In this document: piece by piece, positions 1-13,504 of the stretch
Numbering within the stretch: position 1 is the stretch's first letter
How the letters are laid out: the number at the start of each line of letters is the position of its first letter
Assembly (NCBI GenBank): GCA_965287045.1
Contig: OZ336879.1
Location: 50,406,001-50,470,000, forward strand
Origin: Carcharhinus amblyrhynchos
Taxonomy: Eukaryota
Direction of reading: 5' to 3'
DNA length: 64,000 bases
Program-made: the position numbers and the translations under genes
Notes under the pieces: model-generated
Told to the model about the DNA's origin: nothing
The model's database searches: none
The model's input: only the letters and a program-made list of their open reading frames with translations

Positions 1-279
1 AGTTTCCAAGCCCAAATTTTAACGTTGGCACATTTTTCATCTGGCAGCATTCCTGTCATTATGTCTGGTCCAAATATTTATACCTACCATTAAAAATGTA
101 TGGGCACTGATTGTCAGAATGCTTATAGGCACAGGTCAGGCTATATTTATAGACAAAGCAAACAGTACAAAGTGCATGAATAGGCTGAGTAGTATTTTCA
201 CTTAATGCTCGGGAGGGCCTTTTGTGAGGTTCGCCATCAGCATCCATCCAGTTGCGTGTCTTCCAGGCGCTTTTTTTTA

Positions 280-1220
280 GCACAATCAGCTATATGGAAA
301 TGACAACTTCCACATGATTAGCAGGACAAGGACAGTATTCTTTGAGCCCACTAGCATCTCCACCGCTGCAGGGAGTGATGCCCAGCAGTGGAGTTTACAA
401 TTGTTCTGCACTAACGGGGAACAGGCATCCTCATCCCATTGGTGGGGACAGAGGCCATTGAGGACCCTCTGGGACATTGGGACCAAAAGGGGTGTCCCTT
501 GTGCAGTACCAACCTGGCACTGCCACTAAGCACCAGGTGGTGTCAAGGGGGCAGGGCTTGAGGGGGCAGGGCATACTGGTGGGCCTATTGGGGGCATGAT
601 TGGTGGTGATGGCTGCCATCCTGCAAGTGCAATCGGTGGGAGAGGAAGGGAGGAGGGCAATCAGGACTGGCCATTGTGGGGGTCTGGGTTTTGGGCAGGG
701 TCATTGGGGTGAGGAGTTCAGGACTGGCCATCGTGATGGGGGAGGTATTGTTGGGGGGTAGATCTGGTCATTATGGGGGTGGGTGGATGAGGGATGGCCT
801 TCGTGGTGGGGAGGGGTATATTTGGGCTGGCAAGGAGATGGAGGGGGAGATCAAGACAGGCTCAGGTGGGTGGTGTGGTAGGCCAGCCATCAGGTGGGGT
901 TCTGAGGAAGGCCAGCGATTGGGAGGCCGGCGATTTGGGGGATGGGGGTGGGTTGGGGGGGTCAGCAGTGTACATTATGCACCTATCTCCCCTCTGATAG
1001 ATCAGCACATGCCAGGTGGCCCGCTGAGCATTATACTGCTGGCCTCTCGGGTAGGATGAGGCTCCACCCACCACTGTTCAGTGTGAGCCACTCTAAGGCG
1101 GTCTGCATTGCTCAGACTGTCAGAGATTCAATCAGGTAAGTACGTCCAAAAAATGGGTGGAAATTCTCCCGTTTTTCCACCCATTGAGCACTTGATTTTG
1201 TTTTGGGAGAATCCTAGCCA
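280..1220. mobile_element. Degraded G-rich non-autonomous DNA-transposon-like element
   Basis: G-rich body ending in TTTTGGGAGAATCCTAGCC (~1201-1219), the reverse complement of the terminus GGCTGGGATTCTCCCAAAA seen at ~59778. Confidence 0.4.
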
Positions 1221-4200
1221 ACATATCTTCTTATTCTAATTACTTCTCTTTTCACCTTCAGACAGTTCAATCATTTATTTTTACATTGCAAATTATTTAA
1301 GTCATACACAAATGTTACAATTCTTTTCTGTCATTTTGACTTATGGTTGTCTCTCCTTTGCCTTGCATTTTGCTCAATATCTTTTGATTTCTAATAACAC
1401 CTGTTATGTGTCTCCCATTTGATCTTTATTTCATTCTTTTGTACTTGTTCTAGTTTGCCTTCAAGGACCTACATGGCCATCCCTTTTAAATATAATCTTG
1501 ATACATCAGTTTGCCAATGGGCTGTCTCTGTATAGGATATCTTATGAATTCACTATACATTTGGTCAACTATCTCAATTTTATTTTTGCACAAAAGCTGT
1601 AATGAAATATTTAACAACAATTGCCTGCTCACATTCAACATAAATAATCGGTGAATGTTTTGCATCCTACTTTAGTGAAAGATTTCATAACTTGTTCACA
1701 CTGGAATGTGCAGAAATTCTAATTTCACAATGAAGCATTTAAACTGTCAGTTAAACTTAGACATTAAAAAGCAAGTTAGAATATAAATCATTATACAAAA
1801 AATTAAAGCAATTGTTATGATTTCCAAAGAGACAAAGAGCTTCTAAAAAGAAACAGCTGAAAGAACAACATGTCAAGTTTGCATTGTGTTAAAAAATAAT
1901 TGTATTAAATGACTAAAAACATTACTGACTAAATATTATTTTCTTTTATAGACAACTTGTACATTAAACTATTGAAGTAAATGGTTCCATGTTGCTTATC
2001 ACAAATTGCATTCTCCATGGAATTACAGAGCTTATTGCAAACAGTTCATTGTTACACTCAGTGTCCAATAGATTTCTCTCTTTTACTTTCCCAGTGGGTT
2101 AAATTTTAATTTCAGAACTAAAGAAGACTGTAAGGTGGAATGGAATCTATGGTTTAAAATCTTGTATTTTTTTAGATAGATCCTAGTTGAAAAGGGAAAC
2201 TGAGAAAGAAAACTGACTCTCCAAGTTTCAAAGGAAACTAAGACTGAAACTGAGATGTAGAACCAAAACATCTGAGACTGAAACTGGTTGGAAACCTATA
2301 AGGGAGCACAGAGCCATCAGAGCTAAATGATGATCCCAGTGGTGAAGTACAGGTAGCCTGAAGATGATGAAAGTTTGATCCTAAAAGAGTTAAGAATCAC
2401 ACAAGTTTAAAAATCAAATAAGCTGCAAGATGTATCTCGGGCACACAGGGAAAACTATGCGAAAACCACAAGTCTTGAGACCCAAATAAGAGTGAAGGAC
2501 AATTTACTTGAACAAGGTGCAGCTGCAGCTCATGTTTGCCCATTAGAACATGGAACAACGGAAAGGGAGGTTGATATACCATTGGCCAGATGTATCGTTA
2601 TCATTGTTTGATGATATAACATGCATAAGTTTTTAATTGGCCACTATACCCTAATGTATGCATGATGTAATCTTGATCAATAACTGTGAGTGGATAGGGA
2701 TAACTCTTATATTTTTATTGGTATATGCCAATTACAACTAAAATTGCTGGTGTCTTTTTGAATTCTGCGCTCCGGCAGGCCTTAAAGATTTGGTCAGAAT
2801 CTTGTAGCTACAATAATAAATCATCTTAAACCATTCTGTGACTTTGTGTGGCTACTTGAGGAGAACGGTAGTTTTACTTACCACAAGACAGCCCCATAGC
2901 AGATCCAGAAGCTGAGATTAGGCATATATACTGTTACTGCAGCTGTCTATATTAGTTTACAATAACATTTGTAGATTTATGCCATCCAGACCATTGTTAG
3001 AAGATTTAAGGAAGTTCTACTGAAGTGTGACATTTTTGGCGAAAACTGTGCCCTTGAAAATTGGATTGATTGTGTGCTACTGTCAGTGTGAGATCAGGCT
3101 AAATCCTAGCAAAGCATAAGTTCTTTGTGAGGGGACAGAGTTTTGAAAATTATTGGCATAGATGCTAAGTGGACTACTGAGCTAATTCAGAAGATTATTG
3201 TGTCTGCCATTTAATTGGTATTTTATAGTTTATAGTGAACCACAATTTGACTGTTAATTCATGTTAAACTTGGTTGAAGGTGATTACTCATGATAGCATT
3301 TAATGTTTTCTTTGTCCAATTCTTGTGTAGTAAATTTTTTTTTGTTTAAATCATGGAATTGTGTGGCTTCATTCATTATTATTTAACTAATTTCTGCATT
3401 TTAAAAAAATGTCACTTGGCCAAGATGATAATGTGGCATTACGTTGTAGATTCCTTTTTCTAGCTCCAAGTTAGGAAAATCATCCAGCCTTCTTTGACTC
3501 CTCATGAACTTGGTCTTCCATCTTAGCATGGGTCTCCCTGCATATTCTGTGTAGTGATGATAGTCAACATTTTCTATGCTTGAGGTAAAGGCCTGGTTGA
3601 TTCTCTCTCATTTTCTCTATATCTCAGTTAGCTGCAGACCATACGGGTCAAAACTGAAACCCAGCCTGTCGGTGGTATTTATGGATTTATGGCCTGATCT
3701 CAAAATGGCTTCATCCACCTTTTTATCCATCACAATAGGACACACAATAGCTTTTCTTCTTTGATACAAAGCTAATCAATTATCTTTGATATTCATACTC
3801 TGTCAACCTGGAAGTAAAAGGATAGACAACAGTATAATTGTTTACAATCTAATAGCTTTAACACCTTTGTGAGACTTTGGGTCTGCTCATTGTAGACTTA
3901 GAAATTGCTGTTATTCTTCCCAAGTGGAAATACCTTGCATTTATCTCTCTGAGAAGCAATCTGGGCTTTCCTCTGATCTCTAACAATTAAACCATCTAGG
4001 CTTACTGTCAGAGAAATTCCAGCATAGGTCACATGACCCCTTTCATCTACCCTGCATTTGAAGCTACAATCCCAAAATATCCTTTTCTTATAAACCAACA
4101 AATACAACCTTAAAATATAACAAGTTTATAAACCTTACAATTTACACAATCTTTATAATCATGCCAAAAATAATACAGTAAAAATGTTCACACAAATAGT

Positions 4201-5952
4201 TGCAGAACACAATACCTGAACTAAATGATGGACAATGAACATTATCCTCAAGATTTACATTTGAACTGAAAATTAAGGTTCATAGGTCAGACACTGTTGA
4301 ATATAAAATGTATTTCATGATTAAGTAGGACCAGATAACCAATGAGAAAACAGACACTAATGGTCTTGGTTTTGTTGACAAATTGGAAACATTGCAACTT
4401 CACTAGCTTTCTATCATTTGTACCACAAATGTGGACTAGAAATGATAATTAAGGGTAATGTTATATTAATCAGGCCTGCTATAAATGTAAATAATTCACA
4501 ATGATTATCTGTGAACTGGCATGTTTTTCACCATCTTGTAAATGCGCTTCAGGAGGAAGTAAGGAAAAAAAGTTGTAGTCTGATACAGAGTCAGCAAACT
4601 TACCTTGCCATGGGGCTAATTACAATATAACTGATTCTGGTACACTTTACAATAACATAAATTGCTGCCCCCTAGAGACACCTCTTTTCTATTGCTTCTC
4701 AAACTACCAATTTGGTTAACACAGGTTTTTGGAAGATTTCATTTCATGTTCTGAAGACTGAGTATAGTACTGTACTGAAAAATAATCTCGCTTTACAATC
4801 TTGGTTAAATTATGCTAATAACAAATTACAGAATAAGAGCTCAACCAATCAAAGTTAACCTTAATTTAACAATTTAGATCAATTTTTTAAATAAATTCTG
4901 GAGACAAAGAACCACCCCCCCACATTGAGATTGTGTCTATTTATTTAAAAAAATTCGGACAATTCTTATTGTAAATCTACTAATCCATATTGACCTAAAA
5001 TTGCCTTCTGAAATCACCTTTCATTTAAATCTTATCTTTTCCATCTGCTCTTGCCTCAAATGAACCAGTTCACCAGCTATATTCGAAACCTTCTAATTAG
5101 AACCAGGAATATTGAAAGCAATATATTTTAAAGAAATATACCATGGAACTGCTGTGATTTTGCAAATGCATTGTTTTCTATTGATTGCTACAGATTGGTA
5201 CATTTCTATCAGTTATTTTTAAATGTGCATATTTTCAAGTGACGCCATTTGGTGTCACCCAGGCAACACTGTCTCTGAATGAAAGCACCATCTGGGGTTA
5301 GAAAGTATAGTGGAATAATGCCAATTGGCATCTATTCCAATGGGAAAATTGTACTGCTATAAATAATAAGGCTTAAAAATCAGAAAATAGACTTAAAATG
5401 CAATTAGAATACAATGGTTACAATCAAAGTCAATAACAGCTAAATGTGTGTTAAAATTTTACAATATTGATTTGCTAAAAATTTACACAGAATTTAGTTG
5501 TATTATTATATACTGAATATTACCTCCAGCTTCCTCATGGTGACTATAGACCTTGTGCTGCCGATATAAACATGGAGATCTAGCTTAATGCTAGCTACCC
5601 TTGTGCAATTCTTCCGCTACAATCTTCTTGAGGGTTGACAGCTGTCACCTTCTCACTGTAGTTAAAGAAAATGGGCTCTGACATGCTTTCAGTCCTACTA
5701 ATCAAGACTACTAGTCTGTATGATTTTAGGTTGCACAGAATTCAGCAACGAAAGAAAAGTTTTCTTTGTGTTTTGATGAAGCATTCAATCAATAGATGGT
5801 TTTGCCTTCAGAGAAGAAAGGAATTGTCAATAGTGACAAATAGATGTGAGCTTTTAAGATGTTTTCATTTTTCACTAACTTTTCCAGGAACTTTTGCTAT
5901 CTGTTTGCCCCAGTATAGATGTGTTTGCCAAGCCAAGGAAGTGAATACTTGC

Positions 5953-8085
5953 TGTTGTAAATCCAGGACGCCTCATGAACAGGTGTATAGTTCAGGAGTC
6001 TTCATGAACAGGTTTTGAGTATTGAATAGTTTAACATGTTTATTAACTACTAGTTACCAAGTACATATAATATCTAAGCTAGGAACTGTCTCCCTGCACA
6101 TGTCTCTCTCTGGTACAGGAATGTCCTCTAGACATAGATCATACATTCCTTTACATCAGTGTGTGGGTGGACCTGTGCCCAGTCCCACATTAATTCTTTC
6201 TATGCTAAACCCTTATACCACACCTCCTCCTAGTCTTAATCCAACACATTTACAAAGTATTCCTATTTACCCAACATATTTACATTTCTTCTATGACCTC
6301 TTCATGCCTCTGTGTTAATATGTTCAGCTGGTCTGGAGGCTTTTTTATTCTTCCAGGTCTTTTCTGCATGATAGTTGGGAGAGTGGTTGCCTTTGTTGTT
6401 CTGAGGAAACCCTGATGAATAGGGATTTATTGTTGAAGTGATTGTTCTGTGTTTGGTCATCATCTTCAATTTCTGTCCAATGTCCAACCTTCTGGAGTAC
6501 TGACAAGGTGTGACTGTGGCTTGTCATTGTCTCTCTGGACAATAATCCCTATTCTTTCCAGGGCCTTAATCCAGACCCTATTGGATATGATAGCTTTTGC
6601 TGTGGGTAGAAGCTTGCTTCTGCCTGTAAGACTGCTCTCTGTCTAGATGTTTTTGATAATCTTTGGCTGCCAACCCTGATGTAAGTTTCTTTGGCTGGAT
6701 TGGGAGTTGTGTGCAGAGTTTTATGTCCTTCAGAAGTTCAAATGGAGCCAAGCTGCATTGTAATGCAGTGGACCTGTAGAGTTGGAAAGTCATCATTCTT
6801 CTTCAGAGGGGCTGTTATGGTATGAACCCCTCTCTCTGTCTAGCTCAACTGTGGGTATCTTGGGAAACTGGTGCAGTGCTGAAAGCTGGAAGTGATGGTA
6901 ATTGGGTGAAGTATTTGTTGCAAGTTATGGATTGTTACCCAACCCTATCTGGTCTGGGATGTCATGGCTCACAAACATCTCTTTCCACACTCTGGTCATG
7001 TCAATTGTCTGTAGGAACTTGAGGTCAACATGGACTTTTCAGCTTAAAAGGGAGCACTCTTGGTTGTGGATAATGAACAGAGTCTCTTGTATGACCTGGG
7101 TGTCATCTGCAGATTATCTTTCACTGGCAGTATGATGCCACCTGCTCCATATAACTGCAGCATCAGCCATTGGGTCACTCGCCATAATTCTTTGTCCGAG
7201 AAGACTGTGACACTGGCTCCCATGTCTAATTTAATGTTTGTGAGATTACACTGCATTCCAGCATAGAAATCCCTGAACTGTGGCCTCACCCATGAAACAT
7301 GGTTGTGTTTCCTCTGGGTATGGTACCTTGAAGCACCTGTTCACCTGGTTCATAGAGTCATAGAATCATACAGCATGGAAACAGGCCCTTTGTGTTAGCT
7401 TTGTATAGCTTTCCAAAAGTGCCTGCTGCAGTTGCAATTAAAACACTGAGCTGAGACTGCCAGATATTGATTGTACCCATTGGCTCCAGAGTGCCACCAT
7501 GCTTGCCCACCTTCCACTAATCAGTTAGGGTATTACTTCCCTTGGCCTGTAGTGTCCCTGCTGCTCTGCTAATTTGCTAACTGGGCAGTGGGTGTTTTTC
7601 TGTTCCACGGTTTGCTTTCGCTCTCTAAATATGGATCTGTAGTGTAACTGGATTTTGGATTGCCAACCTGAATGGTCTTTCGAAGGGTTAAATCTTCCTT
7701 AGCTTGAAGCATGTCTGAGAGTGCCTCATCCACCACCCCGAGAATATTCCTGTTTCCGATTAATTCTGATTGTTGGTCATTGTAGTTACAGCCCTCCACC
7801 ATTCAGTATGGGCCACCAGAAAAGTCAACAGGCTCACCTGGCTGTTAGACATGTTTGAGATCTTGTAACTTCTCAAATTAAATGTACCAAATGACTTTAA
7901 AACTTTGTGAAATTTTGCTGAGGATTAATTGATTTCTTGTTCAGCTATTGTGTTGTTGGCTAATGGACCTATAGAAAAAGCAGCACGTTGTTAACTTGTT
8001 CAGCTTGTTTTTTTTTGTCTAGACCTGATATAACCATATATCTGAAGAATCTCTTTCTAGTGGTCATCTGGTAATACAGAACTTA
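5953..8085 (-). mobile_element. Degraded, internally deleted Gypsy-like LTR retrotransposon (3' LTR 5953-6222, PPT 6223-6231, integrase end, protease, gag remnants)
   Basis: Minus-strand remnants: gag-like RFFRY..SGLDKK..EQVN and SELI..R...GVVDEALSD.LQ.KEDLTL; CFNC...HF zinc-knuckle relic (~7415-7450); protease-like KLDMGASVT; integrase-end LYRST.LQC.LAP.ELL...KL.TQLP; LTR bounded by TGTTGTA...TACCACA next to a purine tract. Confidence 0.7.
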
Positions 8086-8194
8086 GGTGAGTTTTTTCAA
8101 AGCTTTTCATCTTGCACTCATCAGTCAAAATATTAATGTCAGGGGAAACAGCAATAGAGACTTCTTATTCAGTGGCACGTGCATTCTGATTCAT

Positions 8195-9510
8195 AAAATC
8201 ATCAAATTGCACAGTGCTGAAGAGGCCCTTCGGCCCATCGATTCTGCACCAACACATGTGAAACACCTGACCTCCCATCTAATCTCATTTAGCAGCACTT
8301 TGTCCATAGCCCTGCATGTTATGATGTGTCAGGTGCTCATCCAGGTACTTTTTAAAGGATGTAAGGCAACTCACTTCTACCACCCTCCCAGGTAATGCAT
8401 TGCAGACTGTAACCACCTCTGGTTTTAAAAAAAAGTTTTTCCTCGCATCCCTCCTAAACCTTTTATGTCCCCTTGTGACTGACCCTCCAACTAAGGGGAA
8501 CAGCTTCTCCTCATCCATTCAGTCCATGACCCTCAAGCTTGTACACCTCAATCAGATCACCCCTCTGTCTTCCCTGCTCCAACGAAAACAGCCCAAGCCT
8601 ACGCAACTTCTCTTCATGGTTTAAAGTTCCATCCCAGGCAGCAACCTGGTGAATCTCCTCTGCAACACCACCAATGTAATCTTATTCTTCCTATAAGGTG
8701 ACCAGAACTACACACAGTATCTGTGGCCTCACCAAAATTCTATTAAACTCCAAAATGACTTCCTTGCTTTTGTAGTATATGACTCAATTGATAAAGGCAA
8801 GTGTCCCATATACGTTTTTCACCACCCTCCCAATGTTCCTTTCCATCTTCAGAGATCTATGGATAAACACACAAAGGTCCCTTTGTTCCACAGAACTTCT
8901 AGTGTCCTATTATTCATTGAATACTTCCTTGTCAAATTACTCATTCTGAAGTGCATCACCACCAGTTTTCAGGGTTAAATTCTATCTGCCACTTATCTGC
9001 TCATTTGACCATTCCATCTACACCTTGTAGCCCACTCAGCCTCATTATTAACCAGCTGGCCAATCTTTATGTCATCTGCAAAGTTACTAATAAGTTTATA
9101 AGATATAGGAGCAGAATTAGATCACTGGACCCATTGAATCTGCTCCGCCATTTGATCATGGCTGGTAATCCTATCCCCCGCCAAGCCTCATCCACATAGT
9201 CATCTATGTTGCTAAACATAGTACACTTCTGGACAATGGCTTTTAGTTACAAAAGCAGTCTTCTGTCATCACCCTCTGTCTCCTATAACAGAGTCAATTT
9301 TGAATGTACTTTATCAAATTACCCTGTATCGCCTGTACATTTGCCTTCTTTATTAGTCTCCTGTGTGGGACTTTGTCAAAGGCTTTGATTCAACCCATAT
9401 AAACTGCATCAACTGTTTTACCCTCATCTAAGCACCTGGTCACCTCCTCAAAAAATTCAATCAAATTTGTTAGGCAAGATTTCTCTCTGACCAAGCCTTG
9501 CTGACTATCC
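8195..9510 (-). mobile_element. CR1 (HER1-like) LINE 3' fragment, with a short second CR1 3' tail nested at ~9100-9180
   Basis: Minus-strand peptide KLFPLVGGSVTRGH.RFRRD.RKNFF...VV...NALP..VVE.....FKK.LD typical of CR1 ORF2 C-terminus; 3' UTR cttcggcccatcg motif. Confidence 0.8.
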
Positions 9511-9745
9511 CTTTGTATTTTTGTCCATGACACTTTTGTCAATCTATCCCTAGCCTCCACCTATTGCTGGCCCTCTACCCAGCCCCTCTAACTCCACCCC
9601 CTTCCCCACACCCCAACCGTATGAATCTCATTCTATTTCCAGTTCCCTTCAGTTCTGATGAAGAGTCCTTAAACTTGAAATGTTAGCCCTGCTCTCGGTC
9701 CACAGGTGCTGTCAGATCTGCAGAGACTTGCCAGCATTTTCTGAC
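9510..9745 (+). mobile_element. Penelope-like element 3' terminal fragment with degenerate hammerhead core (CTGATGA 9655-9661, GAAA 9677-9680)
   Basis: Homologous to 13235-13481, the 3' end of the GIY-YIG-bearing copy; ends with the ...tgctgtcagatctgcagagacttgccagcattttctg terminus. Confidence 0.7.
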
Positions 9746-10074
9746 TATGAAATCTATTCCAGTTTCCAATGTAGAGTAGACAGCATTGGGAGCAGCAAAT
9801 GCTGCACACTTCTCTGAAAAGCCAGGCTTGGAAGGTCATAAAAGAAATGGGGAGCAGCATCAAGATAGGGCAATTTTTGAGCAGGGTGGCAATTTGACGA
9901 TTGCTGCTGCACAGGAGATACAGAACGTATATATGGAAATTGTCTGAAAAGTGGTGGGTAATTCTGCAGATGGAATTACATGATGAAGAGCAAGTTTGTG
10001 ATATATATTTGTATGGCGACACACTATAGGTACGTGTATATGCTTGTCTGAGAAAATCACTATCCAAGCCACTC

Positions 10075-10296
10075 ACCATCCTAACTTGGGAATATATCAT
10101 CATTCCTTCACTGTTGCTGGGTCAAAATCCTGGAATTTCCTCCCTAAAGGCATTGTGGATCAGCCCACAGCACATGTGCTGCAACGATTCAAGAAGGCAG
10201 CTCACCACCACCTTCTCAAGAGTAACTAGGGATGGGCAATAAATGCTGGCCAGCCAGTGACACCCATCAACCATGAATGAATAAATTAAAAAAAAA
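10075..10296 (+). mobile_element. LINE 3' end (CR1/L2-group) with A-rich tail
   Basis: GSKSWN.LP..IV......LQRFKKAAHHHLLK C-terminus followed by agggatgggcAATAAAtgctggcc...atgaatgaataa(A)n. Confidence 0.7.
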
Positions 10297-10929
10297 GGAA
10301 TGAAGATCATGCAATTCTACAGAGGGTATCTAAAGTAATTACCTCAAATACATTTTATATACTTCCACTGTTTTAGAAATTCTATACAACAAAAACATAA
10401 TATATAAGTATATGGAATATGTAACAAAATAGAGTGTTTACATGAATTATAACAATGAATTATTTTAATAGAAAGTTATCTTCGCCATGCAATGGAATTA
10501 GAGAAGATTTTTTCCCTCTGTGTAATATCTTTCAGATTTTTAAGAATGAAAAAAACATTTTTTTAAAGCAAAAACACTAAAATGAAATTAATGTTAGCAC
10601 AGTCAATTTGCAAACTGCCCTTTTAATTCTGAGACTTGGATTTAATCTTTATTGACTACTTTATATACAATAAGCCCATTATTCACCAATCCTCTATAAA
10701 AAAGGATAATCAGTGATCTATTTTGTGGAAAAGGAATTTCTTAATTCTTATATAGTAGAAAGGTAAGCCCGTCAGGACCAAAAATTTCTAAAAAAAGCTC
10801 CTAACCCAAATAGCACTGGTCTTGAAATCCCTATCTTGAAAGATAAATACTCGTCTGTCTTATCTGCTCCACTGAAGTGATTTAAAAGAAAAGCAGCAAA
10901 CAGTATAAAAGATAAAAGAGAAGAGGATA

Positions 10930-11275
10930 GGGGAGGCAATGGCGTAGTGGTATTATCCAGAAATTTAGCCAATGTTCTGGGGATCCGGTTTTGAATCCCA
11001 CCATGACAGACGGTGGAATTTGAATTCAATTTAAAAAAGCATTTGGAATTAAAAATCAAGTGATGACCATGAAACCATTGTTGATTGTCGGGAAAAACCC
11101 ACCTGGTTCACTAATGTCCTTTAGGGAAGGAAATTTGTCATCCTCATCTTACCTACATGTGACTCCAGAACTACAGCAATGTGGTTAACTTTCAGCTGCC
11201 CTCAGGCAATTAGGGATGAGCAATAAATGCTGGTTAGCCAGTGACACCCATGTCCCCTGAATGAAAATAAAAAAA
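10930..11275 (+). mobile_element. tRNA-derived SINE sharing its 3' tail with the LINE at 10075-10296
   Basis: A-box TGGCGTAGTGG, B-box-like GGTTTTGAATCC, same 3' tail ggcaattagggatgagcAATAAAtgctgg; second copy at 34862-35187 (-). Confidence 0.75.
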
Positions 11276-12020
11276 GAATAATAAGTTAAACTCATGGTAA
11301 CAACAAATAGACATCGAATATCAGCCAACTAAATTATGAGAAGCCGTTGCAGCATTTCAATCACAGAAGACACTCCACTGGATTGAATCCACAGGAAAAT
11401 CAATGGTAACAGAAAGAAACAATTCTCCAGACAATCAATACAAAATCAGAACAGTAGCCCTCGGTATTTCATAAAATGTAACATTCTGGTCCTAATCAGA
11501 ATCTGGCAATTGTGTATTAACTCATCTAGACCTGTAACTTCCTTAGAGAATGTTACAAGGTAACCAGTCATTACATTGGATGTGATAAATGTGAACAAAG
11601 GCAACAAGCTATAAGGGTCAGCTGACCCACTAAACCACGCAACCAATGATAGAATGTGATGATCAGCTGACCAGTTGACTCAGTATAAATTGGAACATGT
11701 TGGGAATTGCGGAAAGCTTGGAATGGCCGAGGGTGAAGCCTCAAGTTTGAAGTAATGAAGTTTCCTTATTAAACCTTTTCCTTGATTTATAAGTTGGAGT
11801 AAAGTTTGTATTATCTTTATTGTCTACATTTGAAGAATTCTTTCTGGATGAACAGAGGTGAAGTCAGGATGAGTGTATATATCTATTGTTTCCTGACACC
11901 AAGTTATTTGAACAATTTTATTCACAGCATAAGGACAAGCCACTGTATGCAATTTTTTGTTGAATTGCAGCTATCACTAATTGTTGAACTATCACTCGCA
12001 GTCCATTTTTTCATTGCAAA

Positions 12021-12445
12021 TGTAGTCTAAGGGTCTGGCATAGAAAGGGTTAATGTGGGACTGGGTAGAATAATATCTGCACTGTAAAGGAACACGTGAC
12101 TTCAGTCGAGAGGGCAGACATGTACTGGACAGAGATGTGTAAAGGCAAGCATGGAGACTATATGTAGTTGTTAGTAGTTAACTAATAGTAACTGTTAACT
12201 ATACAAGACTCAAAATCTCTTCATGAGGCCTACCAAATAGCATACAACATGGGGCAGCTAGTGGAACAATCCACAACCTCACAGAAGCTGGAGAAGAAAT
12301 TTAAAACTTGGAAGATTGAAAAAATAGCATTCTGACCTGACAAAAAATATCAGAAGTCAAGGAGTAGAAGCTGATCACCAGAAAAATCCTCCAAAGTGGG
12401 ATTGGAAACAGACATAGAAATAAAACTCCACACTTCAGGCAGAAG
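12021..12445 (+). mobile_element. Gypsy-like 5' LTR (12021-12249) followed by PBS-like TGG and truncated leader
   Basis: TGTAG...TACAACA termini; clearly alignable to the reverse complement of the LTR at 5953-6222 (e.g. gcatagaaag..ttaatgtgggactggg); immediately followed by TGGGGCAGC. Confidence 0.6.
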
Positions 12446-12449
12446 ATTC

Positions 12450-12660
12450 CATTGAATTCCACTTATCTGCCCATTTGACCATCCCATCCATATCTTGTAG
12501 CCCATTCAGCCTCACTGTTAACCACATGACCAATGCTTTTGTCATCCACAAATTTACTAATTCTACCCACCACATAATCATCTATGTTGTTTACATAAAT
12601 GATGAATAATAGGGCACCCAGCACAGTTTCCTATGGTACACCACTGGACACTGGCTTCCA
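12450..12660 (-). mobile_element. CR1 RT-region fragment
   Basis: Similar to 8975-9240; contains the reverse complement of the SGVP.G.VLG / FADD-region sequence. Confidence 0.7.
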
Positions 12661-13481
12661 GACTAAGAAGGGGGCTGATAATGGCCCTGAAAAGATCAGA
12701 ATGTGTAAATGGCAGAACAAAAGTAAGCAGAGTGACAAAGGACAACCTGAAACAGACTGAGTGACTGCTTTGCAGAACACCTTGAGTCCATCTGCAACCA
12801 GAATCCAGACCTTCCTGTCACTTGCTATTTCAACTCAGCAACTTGTTCTCAAGTCCGCACGTCCATCCTTGGCCTTTTACAATGTTTCAGTGAAGCTCAA
12901 CGCAAGCTGGAGGAGCAGAACCTCATTTTCCGATTAGGTACGTTACAGCCTTCCAGACTATAACAGTGAGTTCAACCACTTCAGACTGTAAACTCTCTCC
13001 CCCATCTTCACCCCATTTTCATTTTTGCTATCTTCTATTTTATCCTGCTTCTTATCTATTTTTCCATTACCACCATCTGCCTTCCTTCCACTGCACCCCA
13101 CAAGGGCCATCTGTTACCTGTTCCAGATTCTCTTTTGTCACTCTGCTTACTTTTGTTCTGCCATTAACACATTCTGATCTTTTCATGGTCCACTATCAGC
13201 ACCCTTTTTAGCCATGATCACCACCATTGACATTCCTTTTGTCTTTTTGCCCATGACATCTTTGTCAATCTTTCCCTAGCCTCCAGCTGATGCTTGCCCT
13301 CTATGTAGCCACCAAGCATCCCCCCCCAACTCCACCCACCTCCCTATACTGCAACCATATAAATTTCATCCTATTTCCAGTTCTCTTTAGCTCTGACAAA
13401 GAGTTACCCAGGTTCAAAATGGGAGCTCTGTGCTCCCTCCACAGTGCTGTCAGACCTGCTGAGACTTGCCAGCGTTTTCTG
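12661..13481 (+). mobile_element. 5'-truncated Penelope-like element: inverted partial terminal repeat + GIY-YIG endonuclease C-terminal remnant + 3' terminus
   Basis: From 12754: RLSDCFAEHLESICNQNPDLPVTCYFNS...SILGLLQCFSEAQRKLEEQNLIFRLGTLQP, matching the PLE GIY-YIG tail pattern R..RF.EH...PVA.HFN...RK..E..LI..L.TL.P; 12661-12742 is the reverse complement of ~13131-13213. Confidence 0.85.
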
Positions 13482-13504
13482 ATACTGTTTGAAATTTATT
13501 CCAT

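Noticed and set aside
676-1139. Gly/Trp-rich ORFs
   Set aside because: Low-complexity G-rich transposon-like sequence with no recognisable protein motif.
2080-3430. Possible old LTR/ERV-like sequence
   Set aside because: Only vague LTR-like composition; no coding remnant, defined termini or second copy.
11551-11828. Possible solo LTR (TG...CA with CCAAT, TATAAA, ATTAAA)
   Set aside because: No target-site duplication and no second copy in the window; cannot be supported.
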